Of a stretch of DNA of 64,000 nucleotides, positions 53,492 to 62,578 are shown piece after piece. The position numbers and the translations under genes were made by a program. Position 1 is the stretch's first letter, and the number at the start of each line of letters is the position of its first letter. Location: IMG/VR virus record IMGVR_UViG_3300023184_004198, positions 1 through 64,000 of that record; one strand, written 5' to 3'. The notes under the pieces are model-generated. The model saw only the letters and a list, made by a program, of their open reading frames with translations. It was not told the origin of the DNA and searched no databases.

Positions 53492-53792
53492 ATCACCAAA
53501 CAGTGATTGTACAGCGATTCTAGCAGATGGCACTGAAATTGATATCGAATCTTGGGACTTATGGCGCAATAATATTGCTTATTTTCAAGGTTGGAATTGT
53601 GCAGCCGGCATGGATAGTATAGTAGTTGAAAGTGATTTTCAAGTTTGGTCAGGAGTTTGTAGAAATAATAATCTAGGAAATTTAATGGATGAAAATTTTT
53701 CATTACTAAAGGAACCAACTGTATGTGTAAAAAATCAGTGTACTACTTGTATTGCTGATTTAATCAACGATAAAAAAATGTCAAAGGAATAA
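53472..53792 (+). CDS. Cys-rich SPASM/twitch-like stand-alone protein
   Basis: FQGWNCAAG...SGVCRNNNLGNL...VCVKNQCTTCIAD; overlaps the 3' end of radical SAM #5. Confidence 0.6.
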   Translation: MTVFLTESPNSDCTAILADGTEIDIESWDLWRNNIAYFQGWNCAAGMDSIVVESDFQVWSGVCRNNNLGNLMDENFSLLKEPTVCVKNQCTTCIADLINDKKMSKE

Positions 53793-53793
53793 A

Positions 53794-54057
53794 ATGTCAA
53801 CAGAAGTAGCAAGCGAAATTTGGGGCGAATTAAAACGATACGTTAATGTAGTAGATCGTATAGATGCTGCTGAGAGCATAGTGTCTATCTTGATTGATCA
53901 TGACTACGACGTAGAAGAAATTCGTGATGCCTTTAAAGGAGATTCAGACATTAAAAAAGCCTTGACTGCGTACTTAGACCATGACAAAGATTACGCAGAA
54001 GAAGAGGAAGAAGAGTTTGATGATGAAGACAACTACAATCAAGAAGATGATTACTGA
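53794..54057 (+). CDS. Small acidic hypothetical protein
   Basis: 87 aa with a Glu/Asp-rich C-terminus and SD AAGGA. Confidence 0.65.
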   Translation: MSTEVASEIWGELKRYVNVVDRIDAAESIVSILIDHDYDVEEIRDAFKGDSDIKKALTAYLDHDKDYAEEEEEEFDDEDNYNQEDDY

Positions 54058-55235
54058 TGTCTGCAGACAGAGATTACTATTGCTCTTATAAATTTAAATA
54101 TTTAAAGATTGATTTGGTATCCAATGCCACATATAACTGTCATGCGGCAAAGCAGCATAACATTGACTTCCAATGGTTATCTAAGAACAAAGGAAATTTA
54201 TTCAATACTGATATTAATGTTTCAGAAAGAAACATGATGTTGGTTAATCAACGAAATCGTAGTTGTGAAGAAATTTGTTGGCCACTAGAAGATCAAGGAG
54301 CCATAAGTCCTCGATTGTGGCAAAATGGACAGATCAAAACACATACCAAAGTCCACACACAACCCGAAATATTAGAAATAAAACTAAATGACAATTGCAA
54401 CTTGTCTTGCTCTTATTGTTGTAAAGAATACAGCAGTGCTTGGCGAAGAGACTTGTTTAACAATGGTCAATACAATGTTGACGTCAATGAAAGATACAAA
54501 CTCACGGACCGTGACAAATTGATGTTTAAAATAAGTCAGAATGAAGTTAAAAACACTGATCGTTTTCAACAGTTGTTGTATGAAATAAAAAACTTCAGCA
54601 AAAAACTTGAAGAAATAGTTATAACAGGTGGTGAGCCATTGCTTGACAATCAACTGTTTGACATAATAGAAGCAGTGTCAGACGGTTCAGCAAAAATTAA
54701 CATATACACCGGCATGGGAGTGGATTATAAAAGATTTACAAGAATGTTAGATCGAATTAAACAAGTACCCAATGCCATGATATCGGTCAGTGCAGAATGT
54801 ACAGATAAATTTTATGAGTTCAATAGGTTTGGTAGTCAGTGGCATGATTTTTTAGAAAAAATAAAAGTATTGATTGATTCGCAGATTGAATTTAGATTCA
54901 GCACATGCATTACCAATTTAACAGTGATTGATTTGGCATCTTTTATAAGACAATTTGCCAATTGCCGTATAGGTTTGGTTTTTGCACATCAGCCCGGCAT
55001 GATGGCTCCATATGTATTGGACCCAAGTACCAAACAACAGATCATACAAGACATTCAATCGTTGCCTGATCATTATCGGACTCAGATTACACAGTCCATA
55101 CAGGCCGATCCCAGTGAAACACAACGGCAACAAATGTCAGAATTTTTAAAAGAATATGCTGCTCGTAGACATCTTGACCTGAGCATTTACCCATCAAGTT
55201 TTTTAGAATGGTTGGATATCCATGTGGTACAGTAA
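54057..55235 (+). CDS. Radical SAM protein with N-terminal twitch-like domain (#6)
   Basis: YCSYKF...NCHAA...CEEIC, CNLSCSYC and TGGEP. Confidence 0.9.
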   Translation: MSADRDYYCSYKFKYLKIDLVSNATYNCHAAKQHNIDFQWLSKNKGNLFNTDINVSERNMMLVNQRNRSCEEICWPLEDQGAISPRLWQNGQIKTHTKVHTQPEILEIKLNDNCNLSCSYCCKEYSSAWRRDLFNNGQYNVDVNERYKLTDRDKLMFKISQNEVKNTDRFQQLLYEIKNFSKKLEEIVITGGEPLLDNQLFDIIEAVSDGSAKINIYTGMGVDYKRFTRMLDRIKQVPNAMISVSAECTDKFYEFNRFGSQWHDFLEKIKVLIDSQIEFRFSTCITNLTVIDLASFIRQFANCRIGLVFAHQPGMMAPYVLDPSTKQQIIQDIQSLPDHYRTQITQSIQADPSETQRQQMSEFLKEYAARRHLDLSIYPSSFLEWLDIHVVQ

Positions 55236-55674
55236 AGTAGTAGCAGATCTTGGCAACATACCTGACTTCATTGCACACTTTGAGTCAGAGTTAACGGATG
55301 CCAAGCGTGACTGCAAGATTGGTGGCCTGGTAGAGAAGAACATCACTGCACTACCGGGCATTACCGAGCACAGGTTCAATCAATTACAAGAGATCGAAGC
55401 GGTGTTGAACTTTCTCAACATTCAACTGCGCAAAATACGCACCAAACATTTCAAAAAGTACTTGGAAGGTTATGCTCGTGCGCTGACAGCACGTGATGCT
55501 GAAAAGTACGTGGACGGTGAAGAAGAAGTTGTGGACTTTGAAACCATCATCAACGAAGTAGCACTGTTACGTAATCGTTGGCTGGGTATCATGAAGGGTT
55601 TGGATACCAAGCAATGGCAAATGGGTCACGTGGTGCGACTGCGCACAGCAGGTATGGAAGATATTACAGTCTAA
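55222..55674 (+). CDS. uvsY: Recombination mediator UvsY-like
   Basis: Helical ~150 aa with FKKYLEGYARAL...AEKYVDGEEEV...LGIMKGLDTKQWQM, located near uvsX. Confidence 0.75.
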   Translation: MWYSKVVADLGNIPDFIAHFESELTDAKRDCKIGGLVEKNITALPGITEHRFNQLQEIEAVLNFLNIQLRKIRTKHFKKYLEGYARALTARDAEKYVDGEEEVVDFETIINEVALLRNRWLGIMKGLDTKQWQMGHVVRLRTAGMEDITV

Positions 55675-55675
55675 C

Positions 55676-55789
55676 ATGACCAATCAAGAACGCTGGCAAA
55701 GAGATTTGGAAGAAATAGAATTCTTTTTGCTAATATTCTTCATTGAAGCCTGGACAGCTTTTTGGTGGTGCATGAGTCATGTCAGTTAA
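55676..55789 (+). CDS. 37-aa putative single-pass membrane protein (not in the ORF track)
   Basis: MTNQERWQRDLEEIEFFLLIFFIEAWTAFWWCMSHVS exactly fills the gap between uvsY and the next late box. Confidence 0.45.
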   Translation: MTNQERWQRDLEEIEFFLLIFFIEAWTAFWWCMSHVS

Positions 55790-55792
55790 ATA
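55787..55792 (+). promoter_or_regulatory. Late promoter box TAAATA, 5 nt before ATG
   Basis: TAAATA-ttcac-ATG (ATG at 55798). Confidence 0.7.
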
Positions 55793-55797
55793 TTCAC

Positions 55798-56562
55798 ATG
55801 AAAATTGTAATAGTCACAGGTGGATTTGATCCACTACATTCTGGGCACATTGCTTATTTTGAAGCAGCCCGAGCCCTGGGCGATAGACTAGTGGTTGGTA
55901 TCAACTCCGATGCGTGGCTCACACGCAAAAAAGGTCGCCCATTCATGCCCATGGCAGAACGGCGTGCCATCATTGAAAATCTACGCATGGTAGACAAAGT
56001 AATTGAGTTTGATGACGCTGATAACACAGCCATAGATGCTATACGTGTTGCTCGTACATATTATACCATGCCCAGATCCCAATTTATATTTGCCAATGGC
56101 GGTGATCGCACAGCAGACAACATACCAGAAATGGTGTTTGATGATGTAGACTTCCAATTTGGTGTAGGTGGCGAAAACAAAATGAATTCAAGTTCATGGA
56201 TACTTATAGAATGGAAGACACCGCGAACTGATCGAGCCTGGGGATATTATCGTGTGCTACACGAAGTAGGCGCCAATACCAAACTCAAAGAACTCACTGT
56301 GATGCCCAAACAATGTTTGAGCATGCAACGCCATGACAGTCGTGCAGAATTTTGGTTTGTGGCTGAGGGAGAAGCCACTGTGTATACTTTGGATCAAGCC
56401 AGCACCGACCAGGAAGTCAAATGCAGTCTTGTCATGCACGAACACACTTTTATCAACATCAATGAATGGCATCAACTGTGTAATGAAACTGATCAACCAC
56501 TAAAGTTGATTGAAATACAATACGGCGACCGTTGTGTTGAGGAAGATATCGAACGCAGATGA
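55798..56562 (+). CDS. HIGH-family cytidylyltransferase fused to a mannose-6-phosphate isomerase type II-like cupin
   Basis: TGGFDPLHSGH...VVGINSD...FANGGDR, followed by RAWGYYRVL...LSMQRHDSRAEFWFV...HQLCN...LIEIQYG. Confidence 0.85.
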   Translation: MKIVIVTGGFDPLHSGHIAYFEAARALGDRLVVGINSDAWLTRKKGRPFMPMAERRAIIENLRMVDKVIEFDDADNTAIDAIRVARTYYTMPRSQFIFANGGDRTADNIPEMVFDDVDFQFGVGGENKMNSSSWILIEWKTPRTDRAWGYYRVLHEVGANTKLKELTVMPKQCLSMQRHDSRAEFWFVAEGEATVYTLDQASTDQEVKCSLVMHEHTFININEWHQLCNETDQPLKLIEIQYGDRCVEEDIERR

Positions 56563-57242
56563 AACCTATTCCTGTATTTGTAGGATATGATCCTAGAGAA
56601 GCCATAGCATATCACACATGCGTGAACAGCATTATTAGGCATGCCAGCCAACCTGTTGCTATCATACCTGTGGCATTGAACCTGTTTCAAGACTACGATG
56701 AAACACACACTGATGGTTCAAATCAATTTATCTACAGCCGCTTTCTTGTACCACACTTGATGGATTATCATGGATGGGCAATATTCATTGACGGTGATAT
56801 GATCTTGCGTGGGGATATTGTGGAGTTATGGGAGTGTAAAAATCTTGCCAAGGATGTCATGGTGGTCAAACATGACTACAAAACACGCATGACTGAAAAG
56901 TATCTTGGCAGTAAGAACGAAGATTATCCACGCAAGAACTGGTCAAGTGTGATCTTGTGGAACTGCAACAGTTTCCCAAATCGCAAGCTCACACCTGAGT
57001 TTATACAAAATTCAACAGGCGCAGAACTGCATAGATTTACCTGGATTGATGATGAACGCATTGGAGAACTACCTCCAGAATGGAACTGGCTGGATGTTGA
57101 ATACGACTGGAACCCCAATGCCAAACTAGTACACTATACCTTGGGCACACCTTGCTTTCATGAATTTGCTGCTCGTGGAAGTTTTTGCAACGAATGGCAC
57201 GGTGAACGAATGTTAACTACCTACTGTGAACAAAGAAAATAA
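56559..57242 (+). CDS. GT-A glycosyltransferase, GT8-like
   Basis: FVGYDPRE...FIYSRFLVP...FIDGDM...KNWSSVILWN...EWNWL...VHYTLGTP. Confidence 0.85.
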   Translation: MKPIPVFVGYDPREAIAYHTCVNSIIRHASQPVAIIPVALNLFQDYDETHTDGSNQFIYSRFLVPHLMDYHGWAIFIDGDMILRGDIVELWECKNLAKDVMVVKHDYKTRMTEKYLGSKNEDYPRKNWSSVILWNCNSFPNRKLTPEFIQNSTGAELHRFTWIDDERIGELPPEWNWLDVEYDWNPNAKLVHYTLGTPCFHEFAARGSFCNEWHGERMLTTYCEQRK

Positions 57243-57243
57243 T

Positions 57244-58206
57244 ATGGATGATGAAGAACTAGTACAACCAGAACAACACGAATTTGACCTACTGCTACCT
57301 GAAATAAAAGAAATATTTTATAATATAATAAGATACAGAGCAGATCCGGCTGGCGAATACTATGGTATAACCCTTGATACTATTGTGTCAAAGATTCGTG
57401 CTTTGGATACCAATGCCATACATGCTATTGACAGTGAATACAGATATGAAAGAAAAGGATATATGTACGATCCTATATTAGAAAGTTTTGTGCGTGGCTG
57501 CGGAGGCCAAATAACCACATGGAGTAAAACTGAAACAACTCCTACTCCTGTGGTACTACGTGGCATTACCAAACGCAAACAAATGGATGCTTGTCGTGCC
57601 ACAGGCAAAGACTTTTATTACATTGACACTGGCTATTTTGGCAATGGCAAGAAAAAATTATATCATAGAATCACAAAAAACAATGTGCAAAATTTTGGTC
57701 CTATTGTAGAACGTCCCAGTGACAGACTCGATTGCACCGGAGTCAAAATAAAAAAGGTACGTGCCGACGGCAGTCGAATACTCTTGGCACCACCCAGTCA
57801 AAAACTGTTGAATCTTTACAATATAGATCTTGAAACATGGTTAGAACAAACTCTAAGCGAAATTGGTGCCCACACCGACAGAGAAGTGGTTATACGCCGC
57901 AAGCAAGGACGCAGTACCAGAGTCAACGATGACACCATAGAAATGGCCCTGGACCAAGACATATATTGTTTGATAACTTATTCCAGTATTGCAGCCGGCG
58001 AAGCCATACTGCACGGCAAACCTGCTATTACCCTTGGACCCAATGCTGCTTCGGCAATTTGTAGCACTGCTATTTCGGAAATAGAAAATGTCAAAACACC
58101 AAGTCTTGACGAAATCTCAGCATGGGCTAGACACATAGCATATTGTCAATTCACCGAAGCAGAAATGCGTGATGGCACAGCATGGAGAATATTACAGGGT
58201 GGTTGA
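57244..58206 (+). CDS. Capsule_synth/KpsS-like GT-B protein (paralog 1)
   Basis: YYIDTGYF...ILLAPPS...VVIRRK...ITYSSIAAGEAILHGKPAI...IAYCQFT. Confidence 0.55.
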   Translation: MDDEELVQPEQHEFDLLLPEIKEIFYNIIRYRADPAGEYYGITLDTIVSKIRALDTNAIHAIDSEYRYERKGYMYDPILESFVRGCGGQITTWSKTETTPTPVVLRGITKRKQMDACRATGKDFYYIDTGYFGNGKKKLYHRITKNNVQNFGPIVERPSDRLDCTGVKIKKVRADGSRILLAPPSQKLLNLYNIDLETWLEQTLSEIGAHTDREVVIRRKQGRSTRVNDDTIEMALDQDIYCLITYSSIAAGEAILHGKPAITLGPNAASAICSTAISEIENVKTPSLDEISAWARHIAYCQFTEAEMRDGTAWRILQGG

Positions 58207-59125
58207 CGTAGTAGTTTACATCAGCAGTGTGGCCAATCCACAAAAACATTCTAGAAAAATCCAATGCTTGGAGAGTTTTGCTGAAGGTGTGCGAGCAACT
58301 GGGCACACAGTCACGGTGGAATGGGAACACAGATATACACCCAGTCGATTGGCTGTGATTTTAGGTTGGGCTACCACCAACACAGGCGGTCGTAATATCA
58401 CATTACGAAAACAAATCATACCAGAACAGCGTAGACTGGGATTCCACACCATGTGCATAGATGCCAGTTGTTGGAAATATCTTGACGATGCCAGCGGCTA
58501 TCTGCGATACAGCCTCGGTGGACCATTTTACGATCGTGCTGAGTATGCAAACAAAAACAGTGATGCTACCAAATGGATGGAGATAAGTCGTAGGTTAGGA
58601 GTGCAATTAAAACCGCCCAAGGATAATTCTTCAGGACACATCTTGATCTGCATGCAACGAGATGGCGGCTTTGCAATGAAAACCTTGGATCCCATGTCAT
58701 GGTTGCAACAAAAGGTACAACAGATTAGATCTGTCAGTTCTAGGCAAATTTATGTGCGGCCGCACCCAGGACAATACAACATGACAGACTTTGCTGCATA
58801 TACCAATAAAATGGGCAAGAGACAGAATATAGTCATACTTGAGCCTACTCACAGCAGATTAATTGACAACTTACAAGGCGCACATTCAGCGGTATTTTTC
58901 AACAGTTCGGCTAGTGTGGCAGCGGCATGCGAAGGCATACCTGTGTTTGCAGACGACGCCAGCTGTGTGGCCTGGGCAGTGGCCAACAAGGATGTCAGTA
59001 AAATTGAAACGCCTGATGTATTTGCCAGGGAACAGTGGATGTATGATCTAGCAGCCGCACATTGGAGTGACGATGATGCTAGAGCTGGCCGTATCTATCA
59101 AAAGTTTTTGCCGTATCTTACTTAA
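58199..59125 (+). CDS. Capsule_synth/KpsS-like GT-B protein (paralog 2)
   Basis: ILICMQ...YVRPHPG...VFFNSSASVAAACEGIPVF...LAAAHWS; GTG start. Confidence 0.55.
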   Translation: MVDVVVYISSVANPQKHSRKIQCLESFAEGVRATGHTVTVEWEHRYTPSRLAVILGWATTNTGGRNITLRKQIIPEQRRLGFHTMCIDASCWKYLDDASGYLRYSLGGPFYDRAEYANKNSDATKWMEISRRLGVQLKPPKDNSSGHILICMQRDGGFAMKTLDPMSWLQQKVQQIRSVSSRQIYVRPHPGQYNMTDFAAYTNKMGKRQNIVILEPTHSRLIDNLQGAHSAVFFNSSASVAAACEGIPVFADDASCVAWAVANKDVSKIETPDVFAREQWMYDLAAAHWSDDDARAGRIYQKFLPYLT

Positions 59126-59131
59126 TAGTAA

Positions 59132-59812
59132 TTATCTATGATTTACTTCCACAAATTCATACTTACCAGTAAATGATTCCGGAATGTCTTGCCAAGTGCC
59201 AGACAATTGGTCACTTATCCACTGCTCGTAGTAAGGACGGTCTTTGAACCACCAGAACAAATCACTGCCGGACCAGTCTGAGTAAAAACTACGAAAGAAC
59301 GCTCTATCTCGAGGCACACAAAAATATGCAGGATCGTATATGGTCTTTTTGCCTTTGGCCACACGTTGAAAGTTTAGCCCAATAAAACAAAACTTTTCAG
59401 CATGCCCTTGCAAAGTTTCACGCACCCAGGTCATGTCATCGTCGGGTATGCTGTTTAGCACCTGTGTGCATATCACCCCGTCAAATTTTGCATCTGGCGG
59501 TGGTGGTGTTTCAAATTCTGGCACACAAGGATCATAACAATAGACACTGACACCTAGATATTGATCAAACGTCTGCCATTGATCGGGAGCCAGTTCCATT
59601 CCTTGATTGCCTCCATATGGCAATCGTTCTTTGTATTGCAGTCCTTTGCCGCATCCGTAGTCTAAAATATTTTTTGCTCCATAACGATCTACCAGATCCT
59701 TGATACACTTTTGGTATTTTACAACATCATAACCAGCCCAACTTTTGTTGCTGGCTTGAAACTCACGACCCAGTCGCACTGATTCTTCATAATATTGGCT
59801 AGGGCTTGTAAT
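59132..59812 (-). CDS. Class I SAM-dependent methyltransferase; probable ATT start
   Basis: ILDYGCGKG, YDPCVPEF and FDGVICTQVL. The frame extends 11 codons upstream of GTG 59779 to an ATT behind SD GGAG. Confidence 0.75.
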   Translation of the reverse strand: MTSPSQYYEESVRLGREFQASNKSWAGYDVVKYQKCIKDLVDRYGAKNILDYGCGKGLQYKERLPYGGNQGMELAPDQWQTFDQYLGVSVYCYDPCVPEFETPPPPDAKFDGVICTQVLNSIPDDDMTWVRETLQGHAEKFCFIGLNFQRVAKGKKTIYDPAYFCVPRDRAFFRSFYSDWSGSDLFWWFKDRPYYEQWISDQLSGTWQDIPESFTGKYEFVEVNHR

Positions 59813-59813
59813 T

Positions 59814-60500
59814 TTATTTCTCCAAATTTATTGTGGTAGATAATTTTTTGATATTATCATCTTTCGTATACAGCGGATGCAATCTTGCAATAGTAGGACG
59901 GCAATGGCTCACGGACATAATATTTGTGCCTAGCAACCAGTCAGTTGGAAGAAAACCATTGGCTTTGACCCAATCAATCAATCTTGCCGCGGCATGTGGT
60001 TTGATGATGTAAGCGTAGGCCCCAAACGTGTTCCAGCCAGCGGCAGTTTCATGATTGCCACCACCGTGTTCACCATTTTGAATGGTCCAGATTGATGATG
60101 CATCAGTTGAGTGTGTGTCCAACCAGTGTTCATACGAATCGCTGTAAGGATTTCCAGAATCTAATTTAATGACATCATCAAACAAGTCTAAAATGTTGTC
60201 TGGCAGTGGCTTGATAAAATATCCATCATGTTCTAGCACAAGATATGGGATATTGTGTTTGACACAATCCAGCCACAAGTAATAATGACTTAAAAAACAA
60301 CCAATTATTCCCACTCGCCCTTTTTTGAATTTTCCCAAGGGTCGTAGACCCAACAAATCCAAATGACCGTCTGCATCAAACCCGTTTATAGCATCAAATA
60401 CTTCAACAGATATCCCAAACTTTGCGGCCTGTTCTATGCAATCCTGTGCTACTGTTTGAGACAGCTGATGATTTTGTAACACTATTATTTTTGTTCGCAT
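59814..60500 (-). CDS. Glycosyltransferase family 25-like
   Basis: VEVFDAING...IGCFLSHYYLW...YLVLEHDG...GAYAYIIKP...PTDW. Confidence 0.85.
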   Translation of the reverse strand: MRTKIIVLQNHQLSQTVAQDCIEQAAKFGISVEVFDAINGFDADGHLDLLGLRPLGKFKKGRVGIIGCFLSHYYLWLDCVKHNIPYLVLEHDGYFIKPLPDNILDLFDDVIKLDSGNPYSDSYEHWLDTHSTDASSIWTIQNGEHGGGNHETAAGWNTFGAYAYIIKPHAAARLIDWVKANGFLPTDWLLGTNIMSVSHCRPTIARLHPLYTKDDNIKKLSTTINLEK

Positions 60501-61141
60501 GTGTATATCCAATCAGATTCGTTCAGTGTATCAACATGTGTGTAACCCAAGGATGCCAGTAAGTCTTTGGTTTTTTGATTGATGTTGTCTCCAAATCTAT
60601 TCAGATATTTACTTGGAGGTGGATCCCACATTTCAATGGCTATAACTGGTTTGAATTTTTTGATAGTAGACACAGCGCCGCTGAGAGCAAAATATTCATA
60701 GCCTTCTATATCCAAGTGTATCAAATCACATGCTGTCAATCCCAAATTATCTATCAAATAGATTGGATAAATCCCATCACCGTTGATAAAACTTTTTCCT
60801 CTACTTTTGGATTTGATATGAAGATCGACCAATCCAGGATCACTACCAAGACATCCTTGAGATTTAACTATATTTCCTTCAGGGCAATTCATTGCTAAAC
60901 AATAGAAATTTAGCCAGTCTGGTTCAAAAGTATAAACAGCATTAAAAATTTTTGAATATTGTTTTGGATACATACCGCAGTTGCCGCCAGCTTGCACCAC
61001 AACTTTTTTGTCATCAACGTAACTGGATATTCGGCCAGGCAAATCAAAATTTTCTAATAAAAATTTCCAAGTATTGGTATCATCTTTTGGCCAATACCAT
61101 CCTTCTTTAATTTCTACTAGATCAAGTGCAGTTATGGCCAC
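60485..61141 (-). CDS. FkbM-family methyltransferase
   Basis: VVQAGGNCG...VYTFEPD...LIHLDIEGYE...KPVIAIE. Confidence 0.85.
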   Translation of the reverse strand: MAITALDLVEIKEGWYWPKDDTNTWKFLLENFDLPGRISSYVDDKKVVVQAGGNCGMYPKQYSKIFNAVYTFEPDWLNFYCLAMNCPEGNIVKSQGCLGSDPGLVDLHIKSKSRGKSFINGDGIYPIYLIDNLGLTACDLIHLDIEGYEYFALSGAVSTIKKFKPVIAIEMWDPPPSKYLNRFGDNINQKTKDLLASLGYTHVDTLNESDWIYTCEQK

Positions 61142-61782
61142 CCCATGATCCAGTCGTCACGTATTTGCTCCAGTTTGATCATGCCCCAGGCTTGCAATAA
61201 TTCTACTGCTGCAAACTGACCGTATTGCTTGCTGTAAGCATCATGTGGTTTTTGTTCTATCACTATCACAGGTCTACAACGGCGAATGGTTTGTTCAGCG
61301 CCTTGCAAGATACGATACTCGTATCCCTCGCAGTCAATTTTGATATAACTGACATCATGAAAATTCAATGTATCCAGTCGAACAACTTGCACATCGCCAG
61401 TGCCCATGGTAGCAGGATCTAGATGGCTGTGCCCAGAATTTTTCTCCGTGATGATCATGGTTCCTTGTGTGTCTTGATCACCTAAGGCAATTGGCTGAAC
61501 TTCAAAGTTCGTGCCTCGCACATTTTGTTCCAGGCATTCTCTAAACAAGGCCACTGGTTCAAATGCTATCACACGAGCAAAACTGCCAACAAAGTCACGA
61601 CTCCACAAGCCCACATTGGCACCAATGTCTAGGGCCAGGTCTCGTTTTTTGCACAGTTCAATGCTTCGACGTCGCACAGCAACTTGATATTCAGCCGGGA
61701 GACCTTTGTCTACACTTTTCCTTAACATCTTTGGAAGATGTGTTTCAAAGTCCGGGAATTTCCATCCATAATGCTCAACCAT
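61132..61782 (-). CDS. FkbM-family methyltransferase
   Basis: LDIGANVG...VIAFEP...IKIDCEGYE...RPVIVIE. Confidence 0.9.
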   Translation of the reverse strand: MVEHYGWKFPDFETHLPKMLRKSVDKGLPAEYQVAVRRRSIELCKKRDLALDIGANVGLWSRDFVGSFARVIAFEPVALFRECLEQNVRGTNFEVQPIALGDQDTQGTMIITEKNSGHSHLDPATMGTGDVQVVRLDTLNFHDVSYIKIDCEGYEYRILQGAEQTIRRCRPVIVIEQKPHDAYSKQYGQFAAVELLQAWGMIKLEQIRDDWIMGWP

Positions 61783-62578
61783 TTAATATCTCCTCAGTTT
61801 GTTTAATTATACGTTCTGCTGAACCGTTCTTGAATTCGTCTATGTGAAACTGCGCATAGGCCAAATGATACGCCCAGGCCAACACTTGATCTCGATCTGG
61901 AAACCATGGATTGTCTATGTGAGTCAAGTCTGTGTTGCTGACAGGTTTGGCAGCATTTGACGGTGCTAATGCAAACACAGGCACACCTGCTAAGATGGCT
62001 TCTGTGCCTGCTATTGAGTTGAATGTTACTACAGCATGTACATCATCCAAGGCTTTTTCCACACGATTGGTTTTTCTGTCTGTTCGACTTCGATTGCGTT
62101 CACGGATCACAATGGGCCTATCAGTGTGTTGTTTGATAGTGGCAACGGTTTCTGCCAACCAAGTATCCAGCTCTATGTCGTAAAACTTACAAGGCTTTTC
62201 ATCTGGAGCAACAATCAGTATTGTGCTGCCGCGTCGACGATTGGCTGCTTCTAATCCCAGTTGGTTCCAACGATCACTGGGCCGCGGTATGACTTGATCA
62301 TGTTGCAAATTGTTGGGCACTATTCTATGCCAGTGTTTCCATCCATGCGGATTTTTGAAACTGGGACGATTGCCCAAGTAACCTGAGTCCATGTATCTAA
62401 ATGGTCTGTTATCTGCCCAGCACTGTTTGATGATTTTGTGCTTCATTATGCCACGTAGCATGAGTGGCTCTGTGCTGTCCTCGTAACGCCATGACTCCAA
62501 TGGAGTAGACTCAACACCAAGTCCATGTGCATACATGTCGATGTATTCGTCATCACCATTCTTGCTCAAAAATATCAT
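61775..62578 (-). CDS. Capsule_synth/KpsS-like GT-B protein (paralog 3)
   Basis: RYMDSGYL...ILIVAP...IVIRER...VVTFNSIAGTEAILAGVPVF...LAYAQFH. Confidence 0.55.
   Translation of the reverse strand: MIFLSKNGDDEYIDMYAHGLGVESTPLESWRYEDSTEPLMLRGIMKHKIIKQCWADNRPFRYMDSGYLGNRPSFKNPHGWKHWHRIVPNNLQHDQVIPRPSDRWNQLGLEAANRRRGSTILIVAPDEKPCKFYDIELDTWLAETVATIKQHTDRPIVIRERNRSRTDRKTNRVEKALDDVHAVVTFNSIAGTEAILAGVPVFALAPSNAAKPVSNTDLTHIDNPWFPDRDQVLAWAYHLAYAQFHIDEFKNGSAERIIKQTEEILNG

Noticed and set aside
39515-55235. Radical SAM cluster as a RiPP pathway
   Set aside because: I saw no convincing precursor peptide, RRE/PqqD domain, peptidase or exporter, and the neighbours are glycan-type enzymes. Not strictly excluded.
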